From IMG/VR virus record IMGVR_UViG_3300017747_002921, positions 1-25,289 of that record: 25,289 bases of DNA. One strand, given 5' to 3'. Position numbers and translations under genes: made by a program. Below are positions 23,422 through 25,289 of this stretch, piece after piece (positions within the stretch are counted from its first letter, which is position 1; every line of letters begins with the position of its first letter). The notes beneath the pieces were generated by a model, which saw only the letters and a list, made by a program, of their open reading frames with translations, had not been told where the DNA came from and searched no databases. Source of the stretch: a virus (lineage: Duplodnaviria > Caudoviricetes).

Positions 23422-24893
23422 CGCAACCCCGCTCCACGCGCGTCGATGTCATCGACACCCTGCGCCCACTGCCAGGTCTCGCCCGCTGCCTGCTTCGTCC
23501 GCAGCCGGAAATACCGCCCCGCCGCCCGTAGCGGCACCGCGCCGTTGTTTGCCCTTGCGCGTTCCGGTCCCCAGGAGACGATGCCTTGGTGAAGGGACCG
23601 GGCGCCGCAGATCATCGTGGGCGAGCCGCCGTCGATCATCGGGCGAGCGGAACGAAGGAGAGCCCTGCGGCCGGGGATGGGCTGGAACTCGCCCGTATCC
23701 AGAACCGCCGCGACGTTGTTGCCGCTGAATGTCCCGTACTTGTGGTCAGTATCGAAGCCCGAGAGGAGAAGCTGGCGCGAGCCCAACCAGTAGGAGCTAT
23801 CGAGCGAGTACGGCAGGGTTTCCAGCGTGCCGAACGTGTCGAGCTGTTCCAGCGTGTAGCTCTGCTGCGTCGCGCCGGAATAGATCATCTCGCAAGTGGA
23901 ATCGACGTGCGCCCAACGATTGGCGCTGACGCTGTAGATCAGTTTCGAGTTGGGCGTGCCGCTGCTGTTGTTCGATGGGAAAGACACGACGTACAGCGCA
24001 TTGACTGGATCGAAGGCCGCCGTCACGCGGTGGATATTCGTCTGATCGAGATGGCCCCAGAACCAGCGGTCGATGCGACTGCCGCCCTCTGCATTGCGCC
24101 CGATCGGCACGACTTCCTGCCCGCCCCGAACCATGTAGAAGCCGGAGCGATGGCAGAAGAAGGCGAGATTGCCCCAGCCCGCCACGCTGTTGGGGATCGT
24201 GGCGCCGATGTTCTCGGCTATCTTGTCGAAGCGGAAGACGGTCGGGGCGCCCTCGAAGACCATCCGGCGGATAGTCTCTTCCTGGAACACCAGGCCGAAC
24301 TCGCCCCCGACGAATCCGGTGATTTCGCCGCCGTCAGGGTGATCCTGCTCGTCGGAGAGCGTCGTGACGCTTGGCGTCCATGTGCCCGAGTTGTTGTCAC
24401 CCGACCACTTGGTGCGCTGCGGTGCGCCGGAGATGTTGGCGATCACAAGGAAGTTCTTCACGACGCCAATAAACTTGGCGACCGGAGGCGAGCCCGCTGC
24501 GGCGATCCAGTTGGTGCCCGCCGACAGGTCGAAACTCTGCAGGGCGTCCACGCCGTTCGTGGCATAGGCCAACGTCTGGAACTGGCCGAATCGCCAGTTG
24601 TTGTCTCCGCCCGTCGCATAGGCACCACCCGAGGCGCGCGTGACATCGCTCCACGTCGCGCTCGACAGCAGATAGAGCTTGGTCGCGTCGCCCGCGAAGT
24701 TCTTGGTCCCGCCGCCGGGTGCGCGGAACCATGCCGCGCCCTGCGCTCGTGCCGTCAGCGCATTGGAGATGGTTGCAAGCGCCTTGAAGGGCCGATAGCC
24801 GTCCGCCTCGGGGATCACGCCGGAGGCTTCGAGGGCCGTGTCGCCAAGCTCGGGGCTGTCAGGCGCCCACTGGCCGTAGGGCACCAAAGTCAC
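23418..24893 (-). CDS. Tail hub / stabilization protein (P22 gp10-like)
   Basis: GQWAPD start, beta-propeller-like composition, C-terminal GRYFRLR. Confidence 0.8.
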   Translation of the reverse strand: MTLVPYGQWAPDSPELGDTALEASGVIPEADGYRPFKALATISNALTARAQGAAWFRAPGGGTKNFAGDATKLYLLSSATWSDVTRASGGAYATGGDNNWRFGQFQTLAYATNGVDALQSFDLSAGTNWIAAAGSPPVAKFIGVVKNFLVIANISGAPQRTKWSGDNNSGTWTPSVTTLSDEQDHPDGGEITGFVGGEFGLVFQEETIRRMVFEGAPTVFRFDKIAENIGATIPNSVAGWGNLAFFCHRSGFYMVRGGQEVVPIGRNAEGGSRIDRWFWGHLDQTNIHRVTAAFDPVNALYVVSFPSNNSSGTPNSKLIYSVSANRWAHVDSTCEMIYSGATQQSYTLEQLDTFGTLETLPYSLDSSYWLGSRQLLLSGFDTDHKYGTFSGNNVAAVLDTGEFQPIPGRRALLRSARPMIDGGSPTMICGARSLHQGIVSWGPERARANNGAVPLRAAGRYFRLRTKQAAGETWQWAQGVDDIDARGAGLR

Positions 24894-25288
24894 GGCGTGC
24901 GTCCGCGAAAGCGAATCCTGAGGTTGTGCGCGGAACTCAGGACACGGTTGCGCTTGCGATTGAGGCCCGCCGCCTCCGCCCCGTACATGGCCGAGTAAGC
25001 CTTGGCCGCATCGGCATCGCCGCTGAAGATCGAGGCTTCCAGGAGGATGCCGTTCAGGTAGACGGCCGGCGCGTTCGCCAGAATCCAGTTGTCGGGATTG
25101 GTCGCACTCGGCGTCGCAAGGCGGGCGTAGTAGCGCAGCGTGCAGACGGCGGCGTTGTCCTCGCCCGGATTGCCGCTGAAGCGGAACTTCGTGCCCGAGG
25201 GCGCGATCATCGCCGGGGTGGCGCTGGTGAAGTCGCCGTAGCTGTCGAACAGGGACTGATCGACGATCTGCAGGGCCGCGATGGGATC
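24890..25288 (-). CDS. Head-tail adaptor protein, 5'-truncated by the window edge
   Basis: Frame is open to the edge; YY...L....NWIL..AP.VYL.G.L.EA motif. Confidence 0.8.
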   Translation of the reverse strand, partial: DPIAALQIVDQSLFDSYGDFTSATPAMIAPSGTKFRFSGNPGEDNAAVCTLRYYARLATPSATNPDNWILANAPAVYLNGILLEASIFSGDADAAKAYSAMYGAEAAGLNRKRNRVLSSAHNLRIRFRGRTP

Positions 25289-25289
25289 G

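Overview
About 25 kb of a GC-rich temperate tailed phage, probably a podovirus with P22/BPP-1-type tail and ejection genes. An alphaproteobacterial host is inferred, not shown. The left arm (+ strand, 1-9330) holds the immunity switch (HTH/S24 repressor flanked by palindromic operators and two outward-facing promoters), many small accessory genes, a PD-(D/E)XK nuclease/HNH recombination block, xis, an apparently intact tRNA-like attP and an Rci/HP1-type tyrosine integrase. The right arm (- strand, 9341-25289) holds adaptor and tail-hub genes, ejection proteins, four tail fibre/spike genes, the lysis cassette and post-lysis accessory genes. The most unusual signal is a dispersed repeat family of about 60 bp, with about 10 near-complete and about 7 partial copies, all clear ones within 969-9340. 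Its layout is [hairpin with covarying stem, mostly a cGAAg triloop] - TCGCGGAGTCC - N9-10 - ACCTWCCGAY. It sits forward at gene starts and inverted at gene ends, and it supplies stop codons and terminal peptides to unrelated genes. This looks like a gene-cassette boundary or shuffling system, but that function is inferred only. The repressor also appears to lack both S24 autocleavage residues. All product calls come from recognising motifs by eye; no database searches were run.
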